A stretch of 64,000 nucleotides of DNA from an uncultured Pelagibacteraceae bacterium (GCA_902539165.1 CACBHY010000003.1:70657-134656); one strand, 5' to 3'. Shown: positions 55,715 to 64,000, numbered from the stretch's first letter. The notes: generated from the sequence alone by a model not told the origin. Numbers and translations are program-made.

Positions 55715-56707
55715 ATGAAAAAATTTATAAATAAAACTGATGACTTTTTAAAAGAAAGTCTTGAAGGTTTTGGCAAAGCTCACAGTGATATTATAGAGAT
55801 TAAATTTGATCCAAATTTTATTTCTCGAAAACATAAAACTAAAGAAGGTAAGGTATCGTTAATATCAGGAGGAGGTAGTGGTCATGAGCCTATGCATGGG
55901 GGTTTTGTGGGTCATGGAATGTTAGACGCAGCATGTCCTGGTTTTGTATTTTCTGCGCCATCTCCTGATCAAATGATGGCAGCTGCAGAGCATGTTGATA
56001 GTGGTGCAGGAGTTTTATTTATCGTTAAAAATTATTCAGGTGACATTATGAACTTTCAGATGGGAGCAGAAATGTACTCACAAAAAAGTGATAGTATAAT
56101 AACTAATGACGATGTTGCTGTGGAAGACTCTACATTTACAACTGGTAGACGTGGTGTAGCTGCAACAGTCCTTGTAGAAAAAATAGTTGGATCTTTAGCT
56201 GAAGATGGTGGATCACTAGAAAAATGTAAAAAACTTGGAGAGAAAGTAAACGAAAGTGCTGGCACTATGGGTGTTGCATTTACGAGCTGTACTACTCCAG
56301 AAGCAGGAAAACCAACTTTTGATATCAGTTCTGATGAAATGGAATTTGGAGTAGGGATCCATGGAGAACCAGGTAGAAAAAGAGAAAAAATACAGTCATC
56401 TAAAAAAATAGTAGGAAATATTTTAGATGCTATTCTTGACGATTTAAAACCAGAAAATAATGAGAAAACATTACTATTTGTTAATGGTATGGGAGGAACT
56501 CCACTAACAGAATTATATTTAGTTTATGACGATGCATGTCAAATTCTAAAAACCAAGGGAATTGAAGTTACAAAAAGTTTGGTTGGTAATTATTGTACTT
56601 CTTTAGAAATGCAGGGAGCCTCTATAACCTTGCTAAAATGTGATGAAGAAATATTAAAACATTGGGACTCGCCAGTTCATACTGCAGCTATGCGATGGGG
56701 AATGTAA
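55715..56707 (+). CDS. dhaK: Dihydroxyacetone kinase family, substrate-binding subunit DhaK
   Basis: 330 aa with SGGGSGHEPMHGGFVG and IVKNYSGD, which are DhaK hallmarks. Confidence 0.9.
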   Translation: MKKFINKTDDFLKESLEGFGKAHSDIIEIKFDPNFISRKHKTKEGKVSLISGGGSGHEPMHGGFVGHGMLDAACPGFVFSAPSPDQMMAAAEHVDSGAGVLFIVKNYSGDIMNFQMGAEMYSQKSDSIITNDDVAVEDSTFTTGRRGVAATVLVEKIVGSLAEDGGSLEKCKKLGEKVNESAGTMGVAFTSCTTPEAGKPTFDISSDEMEFGVGIHGEPGRKREKIQSSKKIVGNILDAILDDLKPENNEKTLLFVNGMGGTPLTELYLVYDDACQILKTKGIEVTKSLVGNYCTSLEMQGASITLLKCDEEILKHWDSPVHTAAMRWGM

Positions 56708-56716
56708 ATATGATCT

Positions 56717-58018
56717 TTAACTTTTAAAATCTCTATTTTTTATTTGATTTAAAATATAACCTGATGAAAAAAAGTCATCACTTATATCCAAATAAGACTC
56801 ATCCCCTATTATTTTGGCATAATCTAACCAATTATTGATTATTAATACGTCACCTAATCCTACACCGTTTAAACTTTTTGAAAAAAATTTTTTACCTTTT
56901 TTACTACCGTTTTGAATTTCTTGATCTATCATTACCTCCAGTTGCTTCCAGTCATCTTTATATTTTACTTTATCTAAATTTTTAGCATCTTTATATCCCG
57001 GATATGCAATATCAAACTCTGTACAGCCTCTTTTAATATCTAATTTAAATTTATTATTTAGGATTTTAACTAAATAAGAATTTACAATTTTACTAACTTT
57101 ATAAGCGTCGTCCATAGAGGAACAATATATTAAAGCTTTGTAACTACCTTTAATTTTTTGCCTTAATTCTACAAAACATTTTCTTATATTATTATTTGGT
57201 AATACTAACTGATCAAAAATAAAAAATAACTTTACAAGTTCAGAGACTGCATTTAATTCAATTTGGACTTTAAAGCAGGTAAAACAATATTTTGGTATTA
57301 TATTATGGTTATGAAAAGCTTTTTTATGTCTATCACAATTTAGATTATATCCATTTCTTCTATGTATTTGGGAATCTATAAAATTCAGGTTTTTAAGATT
57401 TTTTTTAACAATATTATTACATTTTTTAAAATATGTTCCTATATTTAAATTGGTAATCTTATCGTTTAGAGAGAAATTAATATTTATCTTTTTAATTTCA
57501 TTGTTTGCTTTTACAATCGGGTTTTCCTCGAATTGATCTGGGTTATAGTAATTCATTAAATGAATTAAATTATTCTGGGCTAACATATGGTTAGAATTAT
57601 AATTAAGGGCATTTACATAAAATTTTAACGCCTCTTTATAATTACCAATGTCATCATAATGTGTAGCTAAATTATTATAAGCATTGGCATAGTCTTTTTT
57701 TATTTCAATGGCTTTATGATAGTTTTCAATTGCATTTTCATGTTCGCCCAAATGAATGTAGGCTATACCGAGATTATTATATGCTTCGACAAAATTACTG
57801 TCACAATTTATAGCTTTTTTAAAAACTGAAATTGCATTTTGCCATTTTTCTAAGCTTAAATTAATTAATCCATTAAGGTTTAATACAAAAGGAACATTAT
57901 TATTCTTAATAACTAATTTATTTGATAAATTTAGTGCTTCATTAAGTTTATTTTGCTTATAAAGTTTAATTATTACCTCAACATCATTTTTTAAATTGTT
58001 TTCAATATTTGGCTTCAT
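56717..58018 (-). CDS. TPR-repeat protein with uncharacterised Cys/His-containing C-terminal domain
   Basis: 433 aa. About 4 TPR units lie in residues 30-160 (AYNNLGIAY, AYNNLATHY). The roughly 230-aa C-terminal part (CDRHKKAFHNH...CFTCF) matches no family I recognise. Confidence 0.7.
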   Translation of the reverse strand: MKPNIENNLKNDVEVIIKLYKQNKLNEALNLSNKLVIKNNNVPFVLNLNGLINLSLEKWQNAISVFKKAINCDSNFVEAYNNLGIAYIHLGEHENAIENYHKAIEIKKDYANAYNNLATHYDDIGNYKEALKFYVNALNYNSNHMLAQNNLIHLMNYYNPDQFEENPIVKANNEIKKININFSLNDKITNLNIGTYFKKCNNIVKKNLKNLNFIDSQIHRRNGYNLNCDRHKKAFHNHNIIPKYCFTCFKVQIELNAVSELVKLFFIFDQLVLPNNNIRKCFVELRQKIKGSYKALIYCSSMDDAYKVSKIVNSYLVKILNNKFKLDIKRGCTEFDIAYPGYKDAKNLDKVKYKDDWKQLEVMIDQEIQNGSKKGKKFFSKSLNGVGLGDVLIINNWLDYAKIIGDESYLDISDDFFSSGYILNQIKNRDFKS

Positions 58019-58032
58019 GCTTATCTACTATA

Positions 58033-58869
58033 CTAACTATTCTCAAAAAGAGTTGGGAAGAATTCACCCTCTACAGGATCTCCATTTTTATAACCAGCTT
58101 CTTGCATTGCTTTTCTATAATTAAAACTTGTCCAGTCTCCATCATAACTTATTTTAGCGCCTTCTTTAGCAACTCTTAATGTATAGCGACTTAAAGTTTT
58201 TTCAGGAATTATCTCGTTTAGAGAGCCGTGAAGAGTTCGCATATCAAAAATTACAGCATCACCTAATTCACAGTCCCATTGTAAAAAATCATAATTACTT
58301 TTATTTCCTAAAATGTCTGGAGGTAGTTCATATTTTTTTCCATTAACTATACACTCGTCTCCCTCAATTTTATGACCATCTTTAAACAAAACTCTTAAAA
58401 ATAATTTATTCCATAAGTGTGATCCTTTTACCCAAACTACTCCCTCATTTTTTTTTGTAGGCTGTAAGGGTAACCAGAGAACACACATGGTCCCTTCCAT
58501 ATCAAAATAACTGATATCATGATGAAATGGAGTTGTAGATTTGGATCCAGCCTCCCTTAAGAACCAATTATCCATTACTAAATTAATTTTATTTGCTGAC
58601 ATCAGTTCAGAAGCTATTTGAGCATAAGGTGAACCATAAACAAACTCCTTAAACTCAGGAACTAAGTGCCAAGTCCAATAATCCTCGAGATATGAGGGAG
58701 CACCTTTTTTAATAGTGTGTGATTTAAACCTTGGACTTGGGTTAGCTATATCTCTGTCTATTCCTTTTTTAAGTTTATTTATCCACCCAATATCAAATTT
58801 ATGTTTAAGAAATAAAGCTCCATCCTCTTTAAATCTATCGATTTCGTCCTGTGAAAGAATTTTGTTCAT
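58033..58869 (-). CDS. PhyH-family Fe(II)/2-oxoglutarate dioxygenase
   Basis: 278 aa with the PhyH-like N-terminus (LSQDEIDRFKEDGALFLK), the HxD facial-triad element (FHHDISY) and a distal His (TLHGS). Confidence 0.8.
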   Translation of the reverse strand: MNKILSQDEIDRFKEDGALFLKHKFDIGWINKLKKGIDRDIANPSPRFKSHTIKKGAPSYLEDYWTWHLVPEFKEFVYGSPYAQIASELMSANKINLVMDNWFLREAGSKSTTPFHHDISYFDMEGTMCVLWLPLQPTKKNEGVVWVKGSHLWNKLFLRVLFKDGHKIEGDECIVNGKKYELPPDILGNKSNYDFLQWDCELGDAVIFDMRTLHGSLNEIIPEKTLSRYTLRVAKEGAKISYDGDWTSFNYRKAMQEAGYKNGDPVEGEFFPTLFENS

Positions 58870-58905
58870 GATATTAGTAATAGAATATAATATAAAATAT
58901 CTAAC

Positions 58906-59898
58906 ATGAACATTCTTAAAGATAATTTTGGCAGACGATTTCCTTATATAAGGTTATCGATTTCAGATGTTTGCAATTTTAAGTGTGGTTATTGTTTGCC
59001 TGATGGATATAAAATTAATAAAGCTGATAACAGAACCTTCATAAATACACAAGAAATTGGAAGACTGGCTAAGGCATTGTCAGAACTTGGAGTTTCAAAA
59101 ATCAGACTCACTGGGGGTGAGCCAACAATAAGAAAAGATTATCTTGAAATAATTAAAATTATAAAAAAAAATTCGGGTATTAAAAAAACAGTTATCACTA
59201 CCAATGGATATAAATTAAATAAAATTGCTAAAAATTTAAAAGATAGTGGTTTAGATGGTATCAATATTAGCATCGATAGTTTAAATTCTAAAACTTTTAA
59301 ACAAGTTACAGGTCACGACAGACTCCATGAAATTTTAGAAGGTATTCAAGAATTACAAAAATTAAATTTTAAAAATATTAAAATTAACGCAGTATTAATG
59401 AAAGGTATCAATGACTCGGAAAAAGATTTTAAAGAATGGTCGAACTTTATAAAAAATAATGAAATAGATTTTAGATATATCGAATTAATGCAGACTGGAG
59501 ATAATTTAGACTATTTTCAAAAATACCATATATCAGCGAATAAATTTGTTGATTTTCTAAATAACGACAAATGGATTATTCAAACTTTTGGTAAAGATGC
59601 AGGTCCATCAAAAAATTTTATTAAAGCTGAATATAAAGGTAAATTTGGGGTTATTGCTCCTTATTCAAAAGATTTTTGTAAAAGCTGTAATCGTCTTAGA
59701 ATTACTGCAAAAGGGGATTTAAGATTATGTCTTTTTGGAGATACTGGAATTAATATAAGACATTTAATGCAAAAAGATGATCAAATTGAGGAATTAAAAG
59801 ATTTAATTCTTAATCAACTTAACTATAAAAAAGAATCACATTATCTTGAAATTGGTGAAACTGGTCTAAATAAAAATCTATCAACAATTGGTGGTTAA
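58906..59898 (+). CDS. moaA: GTP 3',8-cyclase MoaA (radical SAM)
   Basis: 330 aa with CNFKCGYC (CxxxCxxC), the C-terminal cluster motif CKSCNRLRITAKGDLRLCLF and a GG end. Confidence 0.95.
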   Translation: MNILKDNFGRRFPYIRLSISDVCNFKCGYCLPDGYKINKADNRTFINTQEIGRLAKALSELGVSKIRLTGGEPTIRKDYLEIIKIIKKNSGIKKTVITTNGYKLNKIAKNLKDSGLDGINISIDSLNSKTFKQVTGHDRLHEILEGIQELQKLNFKNIKINAVLMKGINDSEKDFKEWSNFIKNNEIDFRYIELMQTGDNLDYFQKYHISANKFVDFLNNDKWIIQTFGKDAGPSKNFIKAEYKGKFGVIAPYSKDFCKSCNRLRITAKGDLRLCLFGDTGINIRHLMQKDDQIEELKDLILNQLNYKKESHYLEIGETGLNKNLSTIGG

Positions 59899-60445
59899 AT
59901 TGAAAAATTTGAAAATAGTTAAAGATAACGATTTAAAAGACTGGGCTGAAGGCATCTTTAAAAAAAGTACATTTAATATGATTGATGTTTCATCAAAACA
60001 AGAAACTTTCAGAAGAGCATTAGCCTCGGGTAAAATTTATGTTGGTAAAGAGGTTTTTGAATTAATTAAGAATAACAAAATGCCGAAAGGAAACCCAATA
60101 GCCTTAGCAGAAGTCTCGGCTGTTTTGGGTGTTAAAAAAACAAGTGAATTAATTCCACTTTGTCATCCTTTGCCAATTGATCATACAGCAACAAAAATTA
60201 TTATGAATGAGGAAGAAGCTTCACTTGAAGTATTCTGTGTTGTCTCTACCTCAGCAAAAACAGGTGTTGAAATGGAAGCTATAATGGGAGTGAATGCTGC
60301 TTTAATTACAATATATGATTTGAGTAAAATAGTTAATCCTAATCTAAAAATTGATAATATAAAATTATTAATTAAAGAAGGTGGAAAAAGTGGATTGTGG
60401 AAAAATCCAGATGGCTTACCTGATTTTTTAAAAAATTTATTTTAG
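59888..60445 (+). CDS. moaC: Cyclic pyranopterin monophosphate synthase MoaC
   Basis: It has the MIDVSSKQETFRRALA, IPLCHPLP and GVEMEA blocks. The exact start is uncertain among the in-frame TTG/GTG candidates at 59888-59900. Confidence 0.9.
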   Translation: MVVKLKNLKIVKDNDLKDWAEGIFKKSTFNMIDVSSKQETFRRALASGKIYVGKEVFELIKNNKMPKGNPIALAEVSAVLGVKKTSELIPLCHPLPIDHTATKIIMNEEEASLEVFCVVSTSAKTGVEMEAIMGVNAALITIYDLSKIVNPNLKIDNIKLLIKEGGKSGLWKNPDGLPDFLKNLF

Positions 60446-60457
60446 TTTTCAATATAG

Positions 60458-60727
60458 ATGAAAGTAAAAATAGAGTTATTTGGTGCTACAAGGGATTTCA
60501 GTGACCAAAATATCTTAGAACTTAGTTTAAATAATGACTCAACAATAGAAGATGCGAGAATTGAAATAATAAAATATCTTAAAAAAAATTTTGATGGAAA
60601 CAAAGATTTTGTTAGAATTGTTAATACTTCAGCTTTTTCATCTGAAAACAATAATATCGTGAGCGACAATTATAAAATAAAAAATAACGAAAAAATTGCT
60701 ATCATACCTCCTATCGGAGGAGGATAA
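60458..60727 (+). CDS. moaD: Molybdopterin synthase sulfur-carrier subunit MoaD
   Basis: 89 aa with a ubiquitin-like fold pattern, ending in IPPIGGG (the C-terminal Gly-Gly). Its stop overlaps the moaE ATG. Confidence 0.8.
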   Translation: MKVKIELFGATRDFSDQNILELSLNNDSTIEDARIEIIKYLKKNFDGNKDFVRIVNTSAFSSENNNIVSDNYKIKNNEKIAIIPPIGGG

Positions 60728-61179
60728 TGTTTCAAGGTAGAATAATTGACACTAAATTAAGAAAATTAAGTATTCAAGATGCTGAAAAATTTATTGCATC
60801 ATCTGATTTTGGTGCATCAATTTTTTTTTCAGGAACTGTTCGAAACCAAAATGATAATAAAAGTGTCATTGGAATAACATATGATACGCACGATGCTTTA
60901 GTAATTCAAAGTTTTGAAGAAATTTATAATGAGGCAAATGAAAAATTAGAAATCAAAAATAAGGCTGTATTTATTGACCATGCGAAAGGATATTTGAACC
61001 TAGGTGAAATAAGTATAATTATAGCTGTTGCAACTAAACATCGCGAAGAGGCTTATAAATTATCAAGATATATTATTGAAGAAATAAAAAAAAGATCTCC
61101 TATATGGAAAAAAGAACATTATCAAAATAGTGAAAGTAATTGGTTAAAAGGGAATCCACTTGTTAATGAAAAAAATTAA
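60727..61179 (+). CDS. moaE: Molybdopterin synthase catalytic subunit MoaE
   Basis: 150 aa with FSGTVRN, the HREEAY region and the PIWKKE motif. Confidence 0.9.
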   Translation: MFQGRIIDTKLRKLSIQDAEKFIASSDFGASIFFSGTVRNQNDNKSVIGITYDTHDALVIQSFEEIYNEANEKLEIKNKAVFIDHAKGYLNLGEISIIIAVATKHREEAYKLSRYIIEEIKKRSPIWKKEHYQNSESNWLKGNPLVNEKN

Positions 61180-62071
61180 ACATTCAGAAATTACTCCAGA
61201 AAACATTTATAAAAAAAGAAGATCATTTGTCAAAAAATTAGGCTTTGGTGCAAGCGCGCTAGCCGTTTCCTCTTTTCCACTCATAAGTAATGCTTCATCG
61301 AAAGATAGAAATGAACTAACAAGCTACAAAGATATAACAACTTATAATAATTATTATGAGTTTGGGACTTCAAAAGGTGATCCCCATAGAAATTCAAAAA
61401 TGTTTAAAACTCATCCTTGGAATATAAGTATTGAGGGTGAGGTTGATAAACCTATTAAATTATCTATGGAGGAAATTTTAGATAGTTTTTTATCAGAAGA
61501 AAGAGTTTATCGTCTTAGATGCGTTGAGGGTTGGTCAATGGTAATTCCGTGGATGGGGTTTTCATTAAGTAAATTGCTTTCAAAAGTTAATCCTACCAGT
61601 AAAGCTAAGTTCGTAGCATTTGAAAGTATTTACGACCCTGATCAAATGAAAGGTCAAAAATATCCTGTTTTAAATTGGCCCTATAAAGAAGGATTGAGAA
61701 TTGATGAGGCTATGCATCCACTAACAACTGTAGTTACTGGTTTGTATGGAAAAAAACTTCCAAATCAAAATGGTGCTCCTCTCAGAATTTTTATTCCATG
61801 GAAATATGGTTTTAAAAGTGCAAAAGCAATTGTAAAAATAAAACTTGTAGAAAAAATGCCAATGTCATCATGGATGTGGGCATCTCCAAGAGAATATGGT
61901 TTTTACTCAAATGTAAATCCAAACGTAAATCATCCAAGGTGGTCCCAAGCTACAGAAAGAATAATTGGAGAAGGTATTTGGGCTCCGAGAGTAAAAACTT
62001 TGATGTTTAATGGTTACGGTGATCAAGTTGCAAATTTATATACAGGTATGGATTTAAAAAAATTTTTTTAA
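61166..62071 (+). CDS. msrP: Periplasmic protein-methionine-sulfoxide reductase, molybdopterin subunit MsrP (YedY)
   Basis: It has a Tat signal (KKRRSFVKKLGFGASALA) and the NNYYEFG, YRLRCVEGWS and PWKYGFKSAK blocks. I place the start at ATG 61166. Confidence 0.92.
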   Translation: MKKIKHSEITPENIYKKRRSFVKKLGFGASALAVSSFPLISNASSKDRNELTSYKDITTYNNYYEFGTSKGDPHRNSKMFKTHPWNISIEGEVDKPIKLSMEEILDSFLSEERVYRLRCVEGWSMVIPWMGFSLSKLLSKVNPTSKAKFVAFESIYDPDQMKGQKYPVLNWPYKEGLRIDEAMHPLTTVVTGLYGKKLPNQNGAPLRIFIPWKYGFKSAKAIVKIKLVEKMPMSSWMWASPREYGFYSNVNPNVNHPRWSQATERIIGEGIWAPRVKTLMFNGYGDQVANLYTGMDLKKFF

Positions 62072-62655
62072 TGAAAAAATATTTTAAGCCAGGTATTTTT
62101 ATATTAAGTACTATTCCATTTCTATTTATTTTTTATAAAATTTACTTTAATAAATTAGGTCCTGAACCTGTTAAAGAAATTACTCATTTCACTGGAGAAT
62201 GGACATTAATATTTATCTGTTTAACATTGAGTATGAGTCCTCTTAAGAGATTTACAAATTTGTCAGTTTGGACAAGTTTTAGGAGAATGTTGGGATTATT
62301 TATTTTCTTTTATGCTACTCTTCATTTTCTTACTTATATAGGTTTAGATTACAGATTTGATTGGAACCCAATATTTGATGATGTAATTAAAAAAAAGTAT
62401 GTTTTAATTGGATTTGCTGCTTGGGTTTTATTAGTTCCATTGGCAATTACTTCATCTCAAAAAATGATGAAACTACTTAGAAATAACTGGAAAAGAATAC
62501 ATAGATTAATATATGCCATCGCAATTTTTGGATCACTTCATTATATATGGTTATCAAAAACAATTTTTTTTAAGCCACTAATATACTTTATAATTATAAT
62601 TGTTTTGTTACTCTTGAGGATTAAAATCAACAGAAAAGAACTTAATTATGGATAA
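62071..62655 (+). CDS. msrQ: Heme-binding membrane subunit MsrQ (YedZ)
   Basis: 194 aa with 6 TM spans and conserved His residues (ATLHFLTY, GSLHYIW). Its start overlaps the msrP stop. Confidence 0.88.
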   Translation: MKKYFKPGIFILSTIPFLFIFYKIYFNKLGPEPVKEITHFTGEWTLIFICLTLSMSPLKRFTNLSVWTSFRRMLGLFIFFYATLHFLTYIGLDYRFDWNPIFDDVIKKKYVLIGFAAWVLLVPLAITSSQKMMKLLRNNWKRIHRLIYAIAIFGSLHYIWLSKTIFFKPLIYFIIIIVLLLLRIKINRKELNYG

Positions 62656-62893
62656 TACTTTAAAAAATGAAATTCAATCAGCGACTCTAGAAAGATTAAT
62701 AAAACATCTTGATGGAAGAAAAGATGTGCAAAATATTGATTTAATGAATCTTGCTGGTTTTTGTAGAAACTGTTTATCAAGATGGTACAGAGAAGAGGCT
62801 GAAAAAAAAGGAATAGAAGTATCAGATCCAAAAGCTAGAGAACATATTTACGGCATGCCCTACTCTGAGTGGAAAGAAAAATACCAAAAATAG
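62648..62893 (+). CDS. DUF1244-family protein
   Basis: 81 aa. LAGFCRNCLSRWY...EHIYGMPYSEWK matches the DUF1244 core as I recall it. It overlaps msrQ by 8 nt. Confidence 0.8.
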   Translation: MDNTLKNEIQSATLERLIKHLDGRKDVQNIDLMNLAGFCRNCLSRWYREEAEKKGIEVSDPKAREHIYGMPYSEWKEKYQK

Positions 62894-63394
62894 TTATTTT
62901 TCTTTTAATCTAGGCATCAATTCAACAAAATTACAGGGCTTATGATTAACGTCTAACTGATGTTTCAAAATTTCATCCCAAGCATCCGTAACTCCTCCGG
63001 AAGATCCAGGTAACGCAAAAATATATTTTCCATTTGCTAAAACAGCACAAGCTCTTGACTGAATTGAAGAAGTTCCAACAGTTTTTAAACTAATAGTTCT
63101 AAATACTTCTCCAAACCCGGGTATATGTTTATCAGCTATTTCATTTATTGCTTCTGGAGTGATATCTCTTCCAGTTAACCCTGTGCCACCAGTTGTAATT
63201 ATAACATCAATTTCCTTTTGATTGGTCCATTCTTTCAATATCAAAACAATATCGTCTTTATTATCTTTGCAAATTTTTCTATCAATTAATTTATGATTAG
63301 CGTCTTTTATCTTATCTACAAGAATTGCGCCTGATTTATCATTATCAAAGGTTCTGGTATCTGTTACAGTTAATAAGGCTATATTTACAATCAT
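62894..63394 (-). CDS. moaB: Molybdenum cofactor biosynthesis protein MoaB/Mog family
   Basis: 166 aa with TTGGTGLTGRDITPEA and LPGSSGG, which are MoCF-biosynthesis domain blocks. Its stop abuts the DUF1244 stop with no spacer. Confidence 0.88.
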   Translation of the reverse strand: MIVNIALLTVTDTRTFDNDKSGAILVDKIKDANHKLIDRKICKDNKDDIVLILKEWTNQKEIDVIITTGGTGLTGRDITPEAINEIADKHIPGFGEVFRTISLKTVGTSSIQSRACAVLANGKYIFALPGSSGGVTDAWDEILKHQLDVNHKPCNFVELMPRLKEK

Positions 63395-63408
63395 ATAAAT
63401 TTTTTAAT

Positions 63409-64000
63409 ATGACTATATTAACAATATTTTTTCTTATAACAGCAATATTATATTCAAGCGTTGGTTTTGGTGGAGGCTCAACATATTTAGCACTTATGCT
63501 GATATGGGGAATACCATTTTATATATTTCCAATTATAGCTTTATTTTGCAATATTATTGTAGTTTCAGGAAATTCTATAAATTTTATTAGATCAGGAAAT
63601 TTAAATATTAAATTATTAATTCCTTATCTCATTGGTTCAATTCCTTTCGCATTTATAGGTGGATCGATACAGATCGAAAAGGAATTTTTTGAAATATTAT
63701 TATTCATAATATTGATAATTGCAGGAATTCTTTTGTTAATGGAGAGTAAATCGTTCAGCCAGGATGAAATAAAAATTAAAAATATACCAAAAATTTTTTC
63801 TATTATAATTGGTTCGATTATTGGTTTTATCTCTGGATTGATTGGAATTGGTGGAGGTATATTTTTAAGCCCTTTATTATTTTTAATTAAAGCAGGTTAT
63901 CCAAAACACATAACTAGTACTGCCTCTATATTTATTTTAATAAATTCGATTTTTGGTGTAGCTGGACAACTTACTAAAAATATTATTTTAAATGAGTTTT
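63409..64000 (+). CDS. TauE/SafE (DUF81) family anion exporter (C-terminus beyond the window edge)
   Basis: My translation from ATG 63409 is MTILTIFFLITAILYSSVGFGGGSTYLALML...GLIGIGGGIFLSPLL..., with the frame open to the window end. It carries the duplicated GGG motifs of DUF81. Confidence 0.75.
   Translation, partial: MTILTIFFLITAILYSSVGFGGGSTYLALMLIWGIPFYIFPIIALFCNIIVVSGNSINFIRSGNLNIKLLIPYLIGSIPFAFIGGSIQIEKEFFEILLFIILIIAGILLLMESKSFSQDEIKIKNIPKIFSIIIGSIIGFISGLIGIGGGIFLSPLLFLIKAGYPKHITSTASIFILINSIFGVAGQLTKNIILNEF

Noticed and set aside
58870-58905. A possible Moco riboswitch upstream of moaA.
   Set aside because: The spacer is only 36 nt, far too short for the roughly 130-nt Moco RNA motif, and it has no conserved blocks.
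1-64000. A search of the whole window for tRNA or rRNA genes, CRISPR arrays, IS elements, integrases, toxin-antitoxin pairs and known defence genes.
   Set aside because: I could recognise none. There are no spaced direct-repeat arrays, no transposase-, recombinase- or nuclease-like ORFs, and no GC-rich cloverleaf-sized islands. The only GC-rich short segments are terminator hairpins. A tRNAscan or Infernal run would confirm this.

Overview
This is a 64 kb, visibly very AT-rich and extremely gene-dense bacterial chromosome segment. It holds about 80 protein genes, most spacers are under 100 nt, and many start and stop codons overlap. I recognise no rRNA, tRNA, CRISPR array, transposase, integrase or phage genes. 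The gene content and style fit a streamlined marine alphaproteobacterium of the Pelagibacterales (SAR11) type: a sodium:solute symporter behind a TPP riboswitch, a DmdA-like aminomethyltransferase, isocitrate lyase, Amt, TTT and ABC uptake systems, and only one dedicated transcription factor. That placement is an inference from the sequence, not a database result.

Layout:
- 1-7.3 kb: housekeeping genes (MFS transporter, metC, mnmA, cysQ, recX, DsbA-like isomerase, rhodanese).
- 7.4-10.5 kb: a minimal CDP-sugar/glycosyltransferase island.
- 10.6-24.7 kb: bcp, amt, hup, rseP, yajQ, DEAD-box helicase, SRAP peptidase, tesA-ybbA-ybbP and a TauE exporter.
- 24.9-29.1 kb: a RamB/ScfR-like regulator divergent from aceA, with a repeated operator-like 9-mer array, followed by a DmdA-like gene.
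- 29.1-33.6 kb: an ABC-2 exporter, a TPP riboswitch with its symporter, and a pentapeptide-repeat protein.
- 33.7-39.7 kb: a sugar ABC operon with an SDR and a ROK kinase.
- 39.7-47.2 kb: TctCBA with PdxA-family, enolase-superfamily dehydratase and aldehyde dehydrogenase genes.
- 47.3-56.7 kb: oxidoreductase and TIM-barrel isomerase genes divergent from an ABC operon with two ATPases, a micro membrane protein and DhaL/DhaK.
- 56.7-58.9 kb: a TPR protein with a PhyH-type dioxygenase.
- 58.9-63.4 kb: moaACDE-msrPQ-DUF1244 and moaB, then a second TauE gene that runs off the window.

Several ORFs under 60 aa that the ORF track omits look real or plausible. The most promising candidates for undescribed biology are the two regulator-less catabolic islands at 39.7-47.2 kb and 47.3-56.7 kb, the moa-msrPQ-DUF1244 operon, the TPR/PhyH pair and an ultra-basic 27-codon ORF.
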